64,000 bases of DNA. It comes from Pantoea sp. (GTDB lineage Bacteria > Pseudomonadota > Gammaproteobacteria > Enterobacterales > Enterobacteriaceae). Positions 40,743 through 50,418 of this stretch are shown one piece after another. The notes beneath the pieces were generated by a model. The model saw only the letters and a program-made list of their open reading frames with translations. It was not told where the DNA came from and did not search any database. A program made the translations under genes and the position numbers. The DNA lies in assembly GCF_039594315.1 (NCBI RefSeq), contig NZ_JBCNNP010000018.1, positions 8,389 through 72,388 of the forward strand. The letters are read 5' to 3'. The first letter of the stretch is position 1. Each line of letters starts with the position of its first letter.

Positions 40743-42755
40743 TTACTGTTTTGAATAAAAGTCTGGCCAAGCATCATAATATGGATAACTAACTTTAACT
40801 TCACCCACATTAAAATCATATGTTAATTTATTGACACTTTTCCTAAATATACTTATAGATGGAAGTGACTCTAGATATCCTGTCAATTTATTTATGGTTA
40901 TTTTTCCTTCGCAAAATTTATATTTTTCCAATTCAGCTGAATTTTCCTTGCGTAAGTTTTCGTCATTAATTACTCCTTTGATGCGTTTAAAAAATCTATC
41001 TAAAGATAGTTGATCTACCACATAGCAGCCATTTGCAAAATATTTCCCACCTAAAGGTGATGTGGTGACTATTATTTTAATCACTCCTTCATGCTTCCAT
41101 GTATAGGGTAAGTTAAAGGCTTTTCTTATTTCTACAAGATGAGTGAGGTAATGAGCAGAATATCTGTTGATTTGTTCCGTGAAAGACCGTTTTTTTCTGC
41201 TAAATTCTTTGATATGAAAAGTATCACCTAAAATATCGTAAGCATTTTGATAATATTTATTGAAGAAAATTGGTTGACCATTAGATTTGAGCTCTACGAA
41301 GACTATGTAATTATCTATGATTATTACGCAATCACATTCATAATCGTTGTGAGACGATAAATTTAAAGCTGTTATTCCAGATGAATTTACAAGACTAATG
41401 AATTCATCTTCATGAAACCTTCCCTTTATTGATGTGCTAATTTTCTTAGCATTGAATAATGATAGTAATGAACGACTAGATGAGCTAGTAGAAAGAAGAG
41501 CTGGCATTATAAAAAAACCATCATTACATGGGATTAATGGACAGTCATTAATATCCAATGATTCCTTAGTGAAAGTGAAATAATCTACTAATAGTTTTGA
41601 ACATTGGTGAGATAGAGATTCTTTTTCGAAAAACAAAATCCAATCTTCCCTACTTTTTCTGATCAGCCAGTTAGATTGATTCGACAGTTTATTTTTTCTT
41701 TTTAATCTTTTTTTATGTTCTTTTATTGCAAGTGAAACCAAAGCTTCATAAGCATGCACCCAATCGAATATACTAATCCCACCATAGCTTTCAAACATAT
41801 TTTCAGGGCTTATGTTTTCAAAGCTGGTCAATAGCATTGCATGGTAAATATCATTTTTAGTTAAATATGATGGAGCCCATTTCCTTATCTCACTAATAAA
41901 GCTTGGTTTTTTAGATATGTAGTTATTTAAATATTCATAAGTTTCCATGCTTTTCATCATTACTCTTGACCTAGAAACTTCATAGTCGCGGTAAAGATTA
42001 TCTTCACAAACTTCTATTTTGAGTTCATTTTCATTTATCAACGCTAATTCTGCATTACATAGCCTGAAAAAATCAGTGGTTCTAGATAATGAATCATAGC
42101 GATTCCAACTTTCATAGACATCTAACATTTTAACGAAATCAGGCATGGAAATTTTTTCGTCAATATCCATTTTTTTCTCTGATTTTGAAAATGCTAATGA
42201 GAAAATTTTCCCAGTGTAATGAACTATTTCATCGATCGCTCTGCTTAGCGTTTTGATATCATGGTGTGTAAAGTCATCTCCTCGAGGGATATTTGATGGG
42301 TAAAAAACAAAAGGTAATATTTTTTTTAATTTTTTATGAGGGGTTCTGCCGAGTATGGCAATATAAATTGAAATAAAGTTTTCGGAAAAAAGAGATATTA
42401 TAAAAAGTTCTTTTTCTGATATTCCATTTCCCCATATATTATTTATCTTTAAATGTTCAAAGAATTGGTTATATAAATGACACATTTTTTTGTATTGATT
42501 ATTTTCTTTAAGTATTATTTCATTATCACTTGGGAATTTTTCCATTAACAATCTAAAATATGGTGTCATTTTTTCATTAAGTTTTTCAACACTGAGTGAT
42601 GAATTTCTTTTGTAATAGATGCCTGAAATTCTAATGATATTTAGTGCGTCATTTACATTTGCATTGTCATTTTTTAGATAAGAGATGAATTTATTCTTAA
42701 AAAGGATAGGGTCTTTTGCTAACTTAAGTATATATGCTGAATCATATAATTTCAT
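40743..42755 (-). CDS. Orphan 670-aa protein with C-terminal PD-(D/E)xK nuclease-like core; function unknown (candidate defence protein)
   Basis: Uninterrupted 2-kb ORF in very AT-rich DNA. Residues 445-490, GRFHEDEFISLVNSSGITALNLSSHNDYECDCVIIIDNYIVFVELK, give E449-E451, D475 and E488-x-K490 in the canonical spacing. The N-terminal ~430 aa are unrecognisable to me. Confidence 0.75.
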   Translation of the reverse strand: MKLYDSAYILKLAKDPILFKNKFISYLKNDNANVNDALNIIRISGIYYKRNSSLSVEKLNEKMTPYFRLLMEKFPSDNEIILKENNQYKKMCHLYNQFFEHLKINNIWGNGISEKELFIISLFSENFISIYIAILGRTPHKKLKKILPFVFYPSNIPRGDDFTHHDIKTLSRAIDEIVHYTGKIFSLAFSKSEKKMDIDEKISMPDFVKMLDVYESWNRYDSLSRTTDFFRLCNAELALINENELKIEVCEDNLYRDYEVSRSRVMMKSMETYEYLNNYISKKPSFISEIRKWAPSYLTKNDIYHAMLLTSFENISPENMFESYGGISIFDWVHAYEALVSLAIKEHKKRLKRKNKLSNQSNWLIRKSREDWILFFEKESLSHQCSKLLVDYFTFTKESLDINDCPLIPCNDGFFIMPALLSTSSSSRSLLSLFNAKKISTSIKGRFHEDEFISLVNSSGITALNLSSHNDYECDCVIIIDNYIVFVELKSNGQPIFFNKYYQNAYDILGDTFHIKEFSRKKRSFTEQINRYSAHYLTHLVEIRKAFNLPYTWKHEGVIKIIVTTSPLGGKYFANGCYVVDQLSLDRFFKRIKGVINDENLRKENSAELEKYKFCEGKITINKLTGYLESLPSISIFRKSVNKLTYDFNVGEVKVSYPYYDAWPDFYSKQ

Positions 42756-43344
42756 CTTTCTCTATCCTTGAGTTATTATGTTGATTTTTAATGATGGTAT
42801 ATATTTACATATTTAATAGCTAACAGCTAGAAACGCACAACCTCTACGCTTTCTTAACCAGAACCGAACCGGGATCGTTGAGCGTGCCTGTTGCCAATAA
42901 ATCGTTACGTGTGTTTAAAGTCGCAATGGATATTTCCAGAAGTCTGCGCAATGCGAGTAGTAGAAGGAAGCGAATAACAGCTTTAAACAATGACTTTCCA
43001 TTCTGCTGCCAAAACCAAGGAAAACATGTTCTTTAGCAGAAGAGGAAATTTTGCGGGGGTCTCAGCCGCTTTGCAGCGGGTCAGGACACTTTACCGTCAT
43101 GGACGAACCTGTAATCAGGAAGTGGGATGCGATTTCGTTGCCAAAATCCCTGTAACCATCCGAGCTAACAATGCTACGCGGTATATTTAGTGTTTGCAAT
43201 TAGCGGCTGCAAACGAACTAATTGTTCAAAGCTGATCCACATCAATCCAGGCGGCATTTCCCCATTAACCAAGACCTCGCCTTTAAGATCCTGTTAAGAA
43301 CTCTTCGTATAATAGCGCCCAACGATTTCAACCAAGAGTTCATC

Positions 43345-43722
43345 ATGAAAAACACCCTGATTACCCTGTCGATTCTTTTCTCGGCGTTAACCATCACTTC
43401 CGTGCAAGCAGCAACCGGATGTGAAGCTAAGAAGCAAGATATCCAACAAGAGCTGGCGATGGCGCGTGAACATGGCAATGCGGAACGTGTTGCGGGTTTG
43501 GAAAAAGCGCTGCGTGAAACCAACGAGCACTGCACCGAGAGCAGCTTGCTGAAACAGCGCCAGGAAAAAGTGGCTGAGAAGCAGTTGAAAGTACAGGAGC
43601 GCGAGCAGGATTTAGCCAAGGCGCAAGCTGAAGGTAGCAGCAAAAAGATTGAAAAACAGCAGCGTAAATTGGCTGAAGCGCGTGAAGAGTTGAAAGAAGC
43701 GCAGGATGCGTTAGCGCAGTAA
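43345..43722 (+). CDS. Secreted coiled-coil protein, DUF1090-like
   Basis: From MKNTLITLSILFSALTITSVQAATGCEAKK.. with a signal peptide, two Cys and a K/E/Q-rich helix. The ORF-track start at 43222 is probably upstream read-through. Confidence 0.65.
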   Translation: MKNTLITLSILFSALTITSVQAATGCEAKKQDIQQELAMAREHGNAERVAGLEKALRETNEHCTESSLLKQRQEKVAEKQLKVQEREQDLAKAQAEGSSKKIEKQQRKLAEAREELKEAQDALAQ

Positions 43723-43741
43723 CATCTGCGATGCAGCACAG

Positions 43742-43770
43742 AAAAACCGCGGTTATTGCCGCGGTTTTTT
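43742..43770. terminator. Bidirectional rho-independent terminator
   Basis: AAAAACCGCGGTTATTGCCGCGGTTTTTT between the convergent DUF1090-like gene and flhE. Confidence 0.85.
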
Positions 43771-43771
43771 G

Positions 43772-44182
43772 TTATTTTCGTAACCGATATTCCACGGTGA
43801 CTTGATTACTCAATAGCGTCAGCGGTGGCGATAAATTACCTCGCACCGATGAGTAATATTCAAAACGCAGCGGTCCGCCCGCCGGGAAACTCACCGGCAA
43901 CGGCATTTCGCCGCTCAATCCTGATAATGGCAGGCAGCGATTGCCGCCGCACACTTTGATCATAAAACCCATCGGCGTGGGGCCATCTGGCGAGATCTTC
44001 CACGTCAACTGTTTGGCGATTGCGCCCGCCGGGAGTGCCGAAGTAGGGTGCACCGGCTGGCTTTTGACCACTTGCTGGCCGCGCGTCATCATGCCGCCAA
44101 AGCTCTGGCTGCTCCAAGAACCGTCGCTTGCCAATGCCAGTGGCGAAATCACTAAACTCAGCAGCAGCAGGCGACGCATCAT
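43772..44182 (-). CDS. flhE: Flagellar protein FlhE
   Basis: About 136-aa secreted protein (MMRRLLLLSLVISPLALA..) directly downstream of flhA. Its start overlaps the flhA stop (ATGA). Confidence 0.8.
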   Translation of the reverse strand: MMRRLLLLSLVISPLALASDGSWSSQSFGGMMTRGQQVVKSQPVHPTSALPAGAIAKQLTWKISPDGPTPMGFMIKVCGGNRCLPLSGLSGEMPLPVSFPAGGPLRFEYYSSVRGNLSPPLTLLSNQVTVEYRLRK

Positions 44183-46272
44183 GCTTTGCCACCAATCACC
44201 CACGTCATGCGCACGTTGCGCTGGGTGTTGATTTCCTGACTGGAGAGCACCGCCATTTGCGGGAAGATGCGGCGCAAATAACGCGACAGCATCAGACGCA
44301 GTGATGGATTTACCAGCAGCACCGGCGGCGCACCCAATCCTTCCTGATGCATCAAGGCTTGTTCGGTCTGCTTCATCAAACTCTCAGCAATGCCGGGTTC
44401 GATGGCGCTACCGCTCTGGGTCGCTTGCACCAGCAACTGTTCCAGCGACAGATCCAGACCGATCACCTGCACATCCTCTTCACCGGGGAACCATTGCTGC
44501 GTGATGGCGCGTGACAAGCGTGCACGCACGCGCGCCGTTAATTCATCAGCATCACTGTTGCTGGTGGCAAACTCCGCCAACGTATCAATGATGGTGCGCA
44601 TATCGCGGATTGGCACACGTTCTGACAACAGATTTTGCAGCACCTTATGCAGCGTCGTCAGGCTGATCACCGCAGGAATCAAATCCTCAACCAGCTTCGG
44701 CGCATGCTTGGTGAGCTGATCCAGCAACTGTTGTGCTTCCTGGCGGCCAAACAGTTCTTCGGTATGCGTTGAGATCAAATGATTCAGATGCGTTGCCACC
44801 ACCGAACTCGGATCAACTACCGTGTAACCGAGTGTTTGCGCCAGTTCGCGATGCACTTCATCAATCCACAACGCAGGCAGACCAAAGGTCGGCTCAGTAC
44901 ACACCGTGCCCGGCACATCGCCTTCCGCGCAGCCAGGATTGATCGCCATCCAGCGATCCGGTTGGATCTCGCCGTGACCAATCTCCACGCCTTTCAGCAA
45001 GATGCGATAGCGTGTTGGCGGCAGATCCAGGTTGTCACGGATATGCACCGCGGGTGGCAAGAAGCCCATCTGCTGCGCGAATTTCTTACGAATGCCGCGC
45101 ACACGCGTCAGCAACTGACCGTTTTGCTCCTGATCAACCATTGGAATGAGGCGATAGCCCACTTCGAGGCCAAGCTCATCTTCCATCTGCACATCAGACC
45201 AGGTGGCTTCGTTGACCTGCGCGGTTTCCGCTTCCGGCAGCGAGATATCGCTGGTGTTCGAACCTTTGGCTTTATTTTCCGCTTCACGGCCGCGCATCCA
45301 CCAGGCCACGCCCAGCAGCACCGCAGTGAACAGCAGGAAAACAAAGTTCGGCATACCTGGAATCATGCCCAGCAGGCCGATCACCGCAGCCGCCAGCATC
45401 AGCACGCGTGGCGAGCTAAACAGCTGACCAATCATCTGCTCGCCGACATCCTGATCGTTAACCACGCGTGTCACAACCACGCCCGCGGCGGTAGAGATTA
45501 CCAGGCCGGGAATCTGCGCGACCAGACCATCACCAATGGTCAGCAAGGTGTAAGTTTCACCTGCCATGCCAACCGACATGTCGTGCTGCATTACGCCAAT
45601 AATCAAACCGCCAATCACATTGATCGCCATGATCATCAGGCCAGCGATCGCATCACCACGCACAAATTTACTGGCACCATCCATCGAACCGTAGAAATCG
45701 GCTTCCTGTGTCACCTCTTTACGACGGCGTTTGGCTTCTTCTTCGCCAATCAAACCGGCATTAAGATCGGCATCGATCGCCATCTGTTTGCCGGGCATGC
45801 CATCAAGAGTGAAGCGCGCGCCGACTTCAGCAATACGTCCCGCCCCTTTGGTGATCACCATAAAGTTGATGATAATCAGGATGATGAAGACGATGATGCC
45901 GATGGCAAAATTGCCGCCGACCAGGAAGTGGCCGAAAGCTTCAACCACCTGACCCGCAGCGGCAGAACCGGTGTGGCCGTGCATCAGGATCACACGGGTG
46001 GATGCGACGTTCAGTGCCAGACGCAATAGCGTCGAAAACAGCAACACCGTCGGGAACGCCGAGAACTCCAGCGTCTTCTGGGTGAACATCGCCACCAACA
46101 GAATCATGATCGACAGGACAATGTTGAAGGTAAAAAACAGATCCAGCACGAAGGTGGGCAGCGGCAAGATCATCATCGCAAGGATGGTCATGATCAGCAC
46201 TGGACCGGCCAGCACTTGCCATTGGGTCTCCTTCAGACCAGGTAAACGTAGTTTTGTGGCGATATTAGCCAT
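44179..46272 (-). CDS. flhA: Flagellar type III export apparatus protein FlhA
   Basis: From MANIATKLRLPGLKETQWQVLAGPVLIM.. High similarity along the whole length to the E. coli FlhA I recall (FHFLVGGNFAIG, ITKGAGRIAEVGARFTLDGMPGKQMAIDADLNAG). Confidence 0.96.
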   Translation of the reverse strand: MANIATKLRLPGLKETQWQVLAGPVLIMTILAMMILPLPTFVLDLFFTFNIVLSIMILLVAMFTQKTLEFSAFPTVLLFSTLLRLALNVASTRVILMHGHTGSAAAGQVVEAFGHFLVGGNFAIGIIVFIILIIINFMVITKGAGRIAEVGARFTLDGMPGKQMAIDADLNAGLIGEEEAKRRRKEVTQEADFYGSMDGASKFVRGDAIAGLMIMAINVIGGLIIGVMQHDMSVGMAGETYTLLTIGDGLVAQIPGLVISTAAGVVVTRVVNDQDVGEQMIGQLFSSPRVLMLAAAVIGLLGMIPGMPNFVFLLFTAVLLGVAWWMRGREAENKAKGSNTSDISLPEAETAQVNEATWSDVQMEDELGLEVGYRLIPMVDQEQNGQLLTRVRGIRKKFAQQMGFLPPAVHIRDNLDLPPTRYRILLKGVEIGHGEIQPDRWMAINPGCAEGDVPGTVCTEPTFGLPALWIDEVHRELAQTLGYTVVDPSSVVATHLNHLISTHTEELFGRQEAQQLLDQLTKHAPKLVEDLIPAVISLTTLHKVLQNLLSERVPIRDMRTIIDTLAEFATSNSDADELTARVRARLSRAITQQWFPGEEDVQVIGLDLSLEQLLVQATQSGSAIEPGIAESLMKQTEQALMHQEGLGAPPVLLVNPSLRLMLSRYLRRIFPQMAVLSSQEINTQRNVRMTWVIGGKA

Positions 46273-47416
46273 CACTCTCACTCTCTTGTGCAAAGTCCAG
46301 CGCCGCCGGAACCGGCAGATCTTTTGGTTGCTGCGGGCGAATGCCATAGCCTTTACGCCAGCGGCGCAGGCCATAAACCCAAGCTAAAACTTCAGCTACG
46401 GCGTTATACAGTTCAGTGGGTACTGGCGCGCCGGGTTCGCAATGGCGGTACAACGCACGCGCCAGTGGCGGGGCTTCCAGCATCGGAATACGGCTCTCTT
46501 CTGCCAGTTCACGGATGCGCAGGGCGATCAGACCACTGCCTTTCGCGACGACGACCGGCGCGCCCATGCTGCCTTCCTGGTATTTTAACGCCACCGAATA
46601 ATGTGTCGGGTTGTTGACCACTACGTCGGCGGTCGGTACATCGGTCATCATGCGTTGCTGCGCCATTTGACGCTGTATTTGGCGAACACGACCTTTAAGT
46701 TGTGGATCACCTTCCTGCTTCTTGAACTCGTCCTTCACTTCCTGACGCGTCATGCGCAGCTTTTTCCAGTTGCTCCACAGCTGATAAATCACATCAAACG
46801 CCACCATTGGAATCAGCGACAGGATGATGACCAGCATGCAACCAATCAGGATGCTGCTGATATCACTTAATGCCATACCCAGCGGTTCAAACATCAACCC
46901 GATAAACTTGCTCTTGTTGTGCAGCAGAAACAGGCCGCCGCCGATACCCGCCAGTGACACTTTGAGAATGGCTTTCACCATTTCCGAAAGCATCTGCGCG
47001 GAGAACAGACGTTTGATGCCGCTTATCGGGTTGAGCTTTTTCAGGTTGAGCTTGATTGCCTTGCCGCTCAGATTCAGGCCACCAATGATCAACGGTGCGC
47101 TGACGGCGGTGATATACAAACCACCCACCAGCGGTAACAACGCCAAAAAAGCGATACCGAGTAACGCTCCGGCTTGATCCAGCATATGTTGGGGATCGCG
47201 TACCAACAGGCGATCAAAGGTCAGGCCGTTGTGCAGCAGGTGCATCAATTTCCCCACCAGAAAATCACCGCCCGCCAGCATCAAGCTGCAGCCAACCAGC
47301 AACATCGCGAGGGTGGTGAGCTCACGCGATCGCGGAACCTGCCCCTCTTCCCGCGCTTTCTGTTTTCGCTGGGGTGTGGGGTCTTCCGTTTTTTCGTTAT
47401 CACTCTCTTCAGACAT
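46265..47416 (-). CDS. flhB: Flagellar type III export apparatus protein FlhB
   Basis: 383-aa ORF starting MSEESDNEKTEDPTPQRKQKAREEGQVPRSREL, with the NPTH autocleavage site. Confidence 0.96.
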   Translation of the reverse strand: MSEESDNEKTEDPTPQRKQKAREEGQVPRSRELTTLAMLLVGCSLMLAGGDFLVGKLMHLLHNGLTFDRLLVRDPQHMLDQAGALLGIAFLALLPLVGGLYITAVSAPLIIGGLNLSGKAIKLNLKKLNPISGIKRLFSAQMLSEMVKAILKVSLAGIGGGLFLLHNKSKFIGLMFEPLGMALSDISSILIGCMLVIILSLIPMVAFDVIYQLWSNWKKLRMTRQEVKDEFKKQEGDPQLKGRVRQIQRQMAQQRMMTDVPTADVVVNNPTHYSVALKYQEGSMGAPVVVAKGSGLIALRIRELAEESRIPMLEAPPLARALYRHCEPGAPVPTELYNAVAEVLAWVYGLRRWRKGYGIRPQQPKDLPVPAALDFAQESESDG

Positions 47417-47434
47417 GGCGTTCGCCTGGCATCA

Positions 47435-48073
47435 TCAGAAGCCGAGGGACTCCAGCAGGTCATCAACCTGTTCCTGAGAAGCCGCAATACCTTCCGCGGT
47501 GGCGTTGATTTGTGGGCCGTTTTTCAGCTGATCTTCACCTTCAATGGCCCGCGCTTCACGCTCACCCATGTTTTCCACCAGCACGCTAATCAGCTCAGTT
47601 TCTACTTTAGATATCACCACCATCAGGCTTTGCAGCACCTGGCCAGTGAGATCCTGGAAATCTTGCGCCATCATGATTTCAGTCAGCTGGCGATTGGTTT
47701 GCTGGGTCATCTCTGGCACCTGATGCAGGAACGCGCGCGTCTCTTTCACCAGCTCACGAGCATCTTCCAGCGGCTGGGGATTGGCAAACCACGCATCCCA
47801 GCGTTCACTGAGTGCACCGGCGTTCTCACTCATTGCGTCCTGCAAGGGGCGCGCCACTTCCACGCTGGTTAATGCGCGATCGGCGGCCTGCGAGGTTTTA
47901 CCCACTACATAGTTGAGGCGATCGCGGGTGTTAGGAAAGGCATCTGCCACTTCCATAATTGCCTGTTCAAGGCCGAGGTTAGCCATGCTGTCACGTAGCA
48001 AACGCGTCAGCTGGCCGATACGCAGAAACAGATCTTTGGGATCATCTGCCTGCAAATTTAATTCTGGATCCAT
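47435..48073 (-). CDS. cheZ: Chemotaxis phosphatase CheZ
   Basis: 212-aa ORF with MMAQDFQDLTGQV (catalytic Gln region) and the C-terminal CheY-binding peptide ..QEQVDDLLESLGF. Confidence 0.93.
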   Translation of the reverse strand: MDPELNLQADDPKDLFLRIGQLTRLLRDSMANLGLEQAIMEVADAFPNTRDRLNYVVGKTSQAADRALTSVEVARPLQDAMSENAGALSERWDAWFANPQPLEDARELVKETRAFLHQVPEMTQQTNRQLTEIMMAQDFQDLTGQVLQSLMVVISKVETELISVLVENMGEREARAIEGEDQLKNGPQINATAEGIAASQEQVDDLLESLGF

Positions 48074-48078
48074 GGCTA

Positions 48079-48465
48079 TTACCCAAGTTTTTCAAAGATT
48101 TTGCCGAGCTTCTCTTCCAACGTGGCGGCAGTAAACGGCTTGACGATGTAACCATTGGCACCCGCTTGTGCGGCCGCAATGATGTTTTCGCGTTTGGCTT
48201 CGGCGGTCACCATCAGCACCGGCAGTTTGGCCATGGCGCTGTCGGCACGAATGGTTTTCAGCAGCTCGAGGCCGTCGATGTTCGGCATATTCCAGTCGCT
48301 GACCACAAAATCGAACACATCAGCGCGCAGTTTGTTCAGGGCGTCCTGACCATCTTCAGCTTCTTCTATGTTCTTGTAGCCCAGGTCTTGCAGTAGGTTA
48401 CGGACAATGCGTCGCATGGTGGCAAAGTCATCCACCACCAGGAAACGCAAGTTTTTATCTGACAT
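48079..48465 (-). CDS. cheY: Chemotaxis response regulator CheY
   Basis: 128-aa receiver domain: [44 protein letters not shown]. Confidence 0.97.
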   Translation of the reverse strand: MSDKNLRFLVVDDFATMRRIVRNLLQDLGYKNIEEAEDGQDALNKLRADVFDFVVSDWNMPNIDGLELLKTIRADSAMAKLPVLMVTAEAKRENIIAAAQAGANGYIVKPFTAATLEEKLGKIFEKLG

Positions 48466-48495
48466 TTAAGGTGTCTCCTGAACGTTGTTAATCGA

Positions 48496-49542
48496 TTAAT
48501 GACGTAATTTGGTACAGCTAAAACTGTCCAGCAGACGCTGACTGATGTGATCGAGATCGAGCACATCACAGGCGGCGCCCAGCGCAATCGCTTCACGCGG
48601 CATGCCGAACACCACGCAGCTGGCTTCACTTTGTGCCAGCGTATAAGCGCCGGCCTGGCGTAGCGCCAGTAGTCCACGCGCACCATCGCTGCCCATTCCA
48701 GTGAGAATCGCGGCACTGGCATGTTTCCCCGCCTGCTGCGCCACCGAATCAAACAGCACGTCCACCGAAGGACGATGGCGGTTGACCGGTTCAGCATCGC
48801 TGAGTTGAACTTCATAGCCCTTAGCACGGCGGACCACGCTCATGTGCAGATCGCCCGGTGCAATCAAGGCATTGCCTGCTAATAACGGTTCGCCATCTTG
48901 CGCTTCACGCACTGAAATCTGGCACAGCGAATCCATGCGCTGGGCAAATGAACGGGTAAAGCCCGCAGGCATGTGTTGGGCGATGACAATACCAGGGCAG
49001 TTGGTTGGCATGGGTTCCAGCATGCGGCGCAGCGCTTCGGTGCCGCCGGTCGATGAGCCAATCGCAATCAGATTGGATTGATCAACTTTAATCTTGCTAA
49101 TCATCGGCTTCATCGCGGTATTAACGCCGTGACGATGTAATTTTGCTTTGGCAGCTATGCGGATTTTTTCGACCAATTGTTCGCCCCACAGCTGCATCCC
49201 ACTCGCGGCCTGGTTGCCGGGTTTTGGCAAGAAATCGACCGCGCCATGCTCCAATGCGGCTAACGTCGTGCTGGAGCCGCGTTGGGTCAGCGATGAAATC
49301 ATGATCACTGGCATCGGGCGCAGGCGCATCAGGCGTGAAAGAAACTCCAATCCATCCATGCGCGGCATATCAATATCCAGCGTCAGCACATCCGGATTGA
49401 GCTTTTTAATCAATTCACGCGCAATCAGCGGGTCCGGTGCGGTCGCTACCATCTCCATGTCCGGCTGCTGATTAACCACTACGCTGAGCAGATTGCGTAT
49501 CAACGCCGAGTCATCTACCGCCAGAACGCGTATCGGATTCAT
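48496..49542 (-). CDS. cheB: Chemotaxis methylesterase/glutaminase CheB
   Basis: 348-aa ORF with a receiver domain (IRVLAVDDS) plus a methylesterase domain ([21 protein letters not shown]). Confidence 0.96.
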   Translation of the reverse strand: MNPIRVLAVDDSALIRNLLSVVVNQQPDMEMVATAPDPLIARELIKKLNPDVLTLDIDMPRMDGLEFLSRLMRLRPMPVIMISSLTQRGSSTTLAALEHGAVDFLPKPGNQAASGMQLWGEQLVEKIRIAAKAKLHRHGVNTAMKPMISKIKVDQSNLIAIGSSTGGTEALRRMLEPMPTNCPGIVIAQHMPAGFTRSFAQRMDSLCQISVREAQDGEPLLAGNALIAPGDLHMSVVRRAKGYEVQLSDAEPVNRHRPSVDVLFDSVAQQAGKHASAAILTGMGSDGARGLLALRQAGAYTLAQSEASCVVFGMPREAIALGAACDVLDLDHISQRLLDSFSCTKLRH

Positions 49543-50402
49543 CGCAAGTTCTCCGTCAGTTCATAAACCGATTGCCCGCGTAGGCGCAGCGGCAGGTTAG
49601 GGGAAGTGAAATGCTCCGAATGCCCAACAAATAGCAGGCCACCGGGTTTCAGCAGGCGAGCAAAGCGCTGCAACAACTTCAACTGCGTTGCGTTATCGAA
49701 ATAAATCATTACGTTGCGGCAAAAAATGGCATCAAAGGGTTCGGGTACCGGCCAGCGAGCATCCAGCAAATTAAGCTGCTGGTAATGGATGCTGCTGAGC
49801 AGTTCCCGTTTCACTTTGACCAGATTGTTGTTTTCACCCGAGCCGCGTAAAAAGTAATTACGCTTTTGCATCAGCGTTAACGCGGTGAGATCGTTCAAGC
49901 GATACACGCCAGTTTCAGCTTTACTCAGGACATCGGTATCAATGTCTGAAGCCCAAATGCGTGGGCCTGCTACCGTCGCGCCCAGAACTTCATCCAGCGT
50001 GATAGCAATCGAGCAAGGCTCTTCACCGGTAGATGCCGCAGTGCACCACACGCGATAACTATCAACCTGTTGCCGCGCCTGACGCGCATGTTCCGCCAGA
50101 ATCGGGAAATGGTACGATTCGCGGAAAAAAGAGGTCAGGTTGGTGGTCAGCGCGTTGATAAACGTCTGCCACTCTGGATGTTCCGGATGCGACTCTAAAA
50201 TCGTGGCGTATTCGCTAAAACTGCTGAGAGCCAGTTCGCGCACCCGCCGTGAAAGACGATTGAAAATCATCTCTCGTTTCTGTGCGTTAACCACAATTCC
50301 TGCACGTCGGTAAATCAATTTCCCGAAACGCTCTAATTCGTTATCCGAAAGGATTAACGTATTCTTAAATAAGCGCGCAGAAGTGAAGTTAATTTCGCTC
50401 AT
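49539..50402 (-). CDS. cheR: Chemotaxis methyltransferase CheR
   Basis: 287-aa ORF with [26 protein letters not shown] and [10 protein letters not shown]. It overlaps cheB by 4 nt. Confidence 0.95.
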   Translation of the reverse strand: MSEINFTSARLFKNTLILSDNELERFGKLIYRRAGIVVNAQKREMIFNRLSRRVRELALSSFSEYATILESHPEHPEWQTFINALTTNLTSFFRESYHFPILAEHARQARQQVDSYRVWCTAASTGEEPCSIAITLDEVLGATVAGPRIWASDIDTDVLSKAETGVYRLNDLTALTLMQKRNYFLRGSGENNNLVKVKRELLSSIHYQQLNLLDARWPVPEPFDAIFCRNVMIYFDNATQLKLLQRFARLLKPGGLLFVGHSEHFTSPNLPLRLRGQSVYELTENLR

Positions 50403-50418
50403 AGAATGAAAACAGGCC

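Larger units (their letters stand above)
39049..42840. mobile_element. Low-GC genomic island adjacent to tRNA-Leu(CAA); no integrase or att repeat detected
   Basis: Composition shifts abruptly to AT-rich right after leuX and returns to backbone composition near 42835-42845. The content is accessory only: hcp, toxin/immunity and a 670-aa orphan ORF. Confidence 0.7.

Noticed and set aside
42990-43190. 66-aa plus-strand ORF (MTFHSAAKTKENMFFSRRG..)
   Set aside because: It has no SD, no family resemblance, and an odd composition. I treat it as part of the uncharacterised junction region instead.
42756-43340. Search for a direct repeat of the leuX 3' end (att-type island boundary)
   Set aside because: The only hit is an 8-nt reverse-orientation match (CGAACCGG) near 42863-42870. 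That is too short and in the wrong orientation to call an attR.
44779-46029. 416-aa ORF on the plus strand
   Set aside because: It lies entirely antisense within flhA, which has an unambiguous family match. The composition is Arg/His/Gln-rich and low-complexity, as expected for the mirror frame of a GC-rich gene. It has no recognisable motifs.
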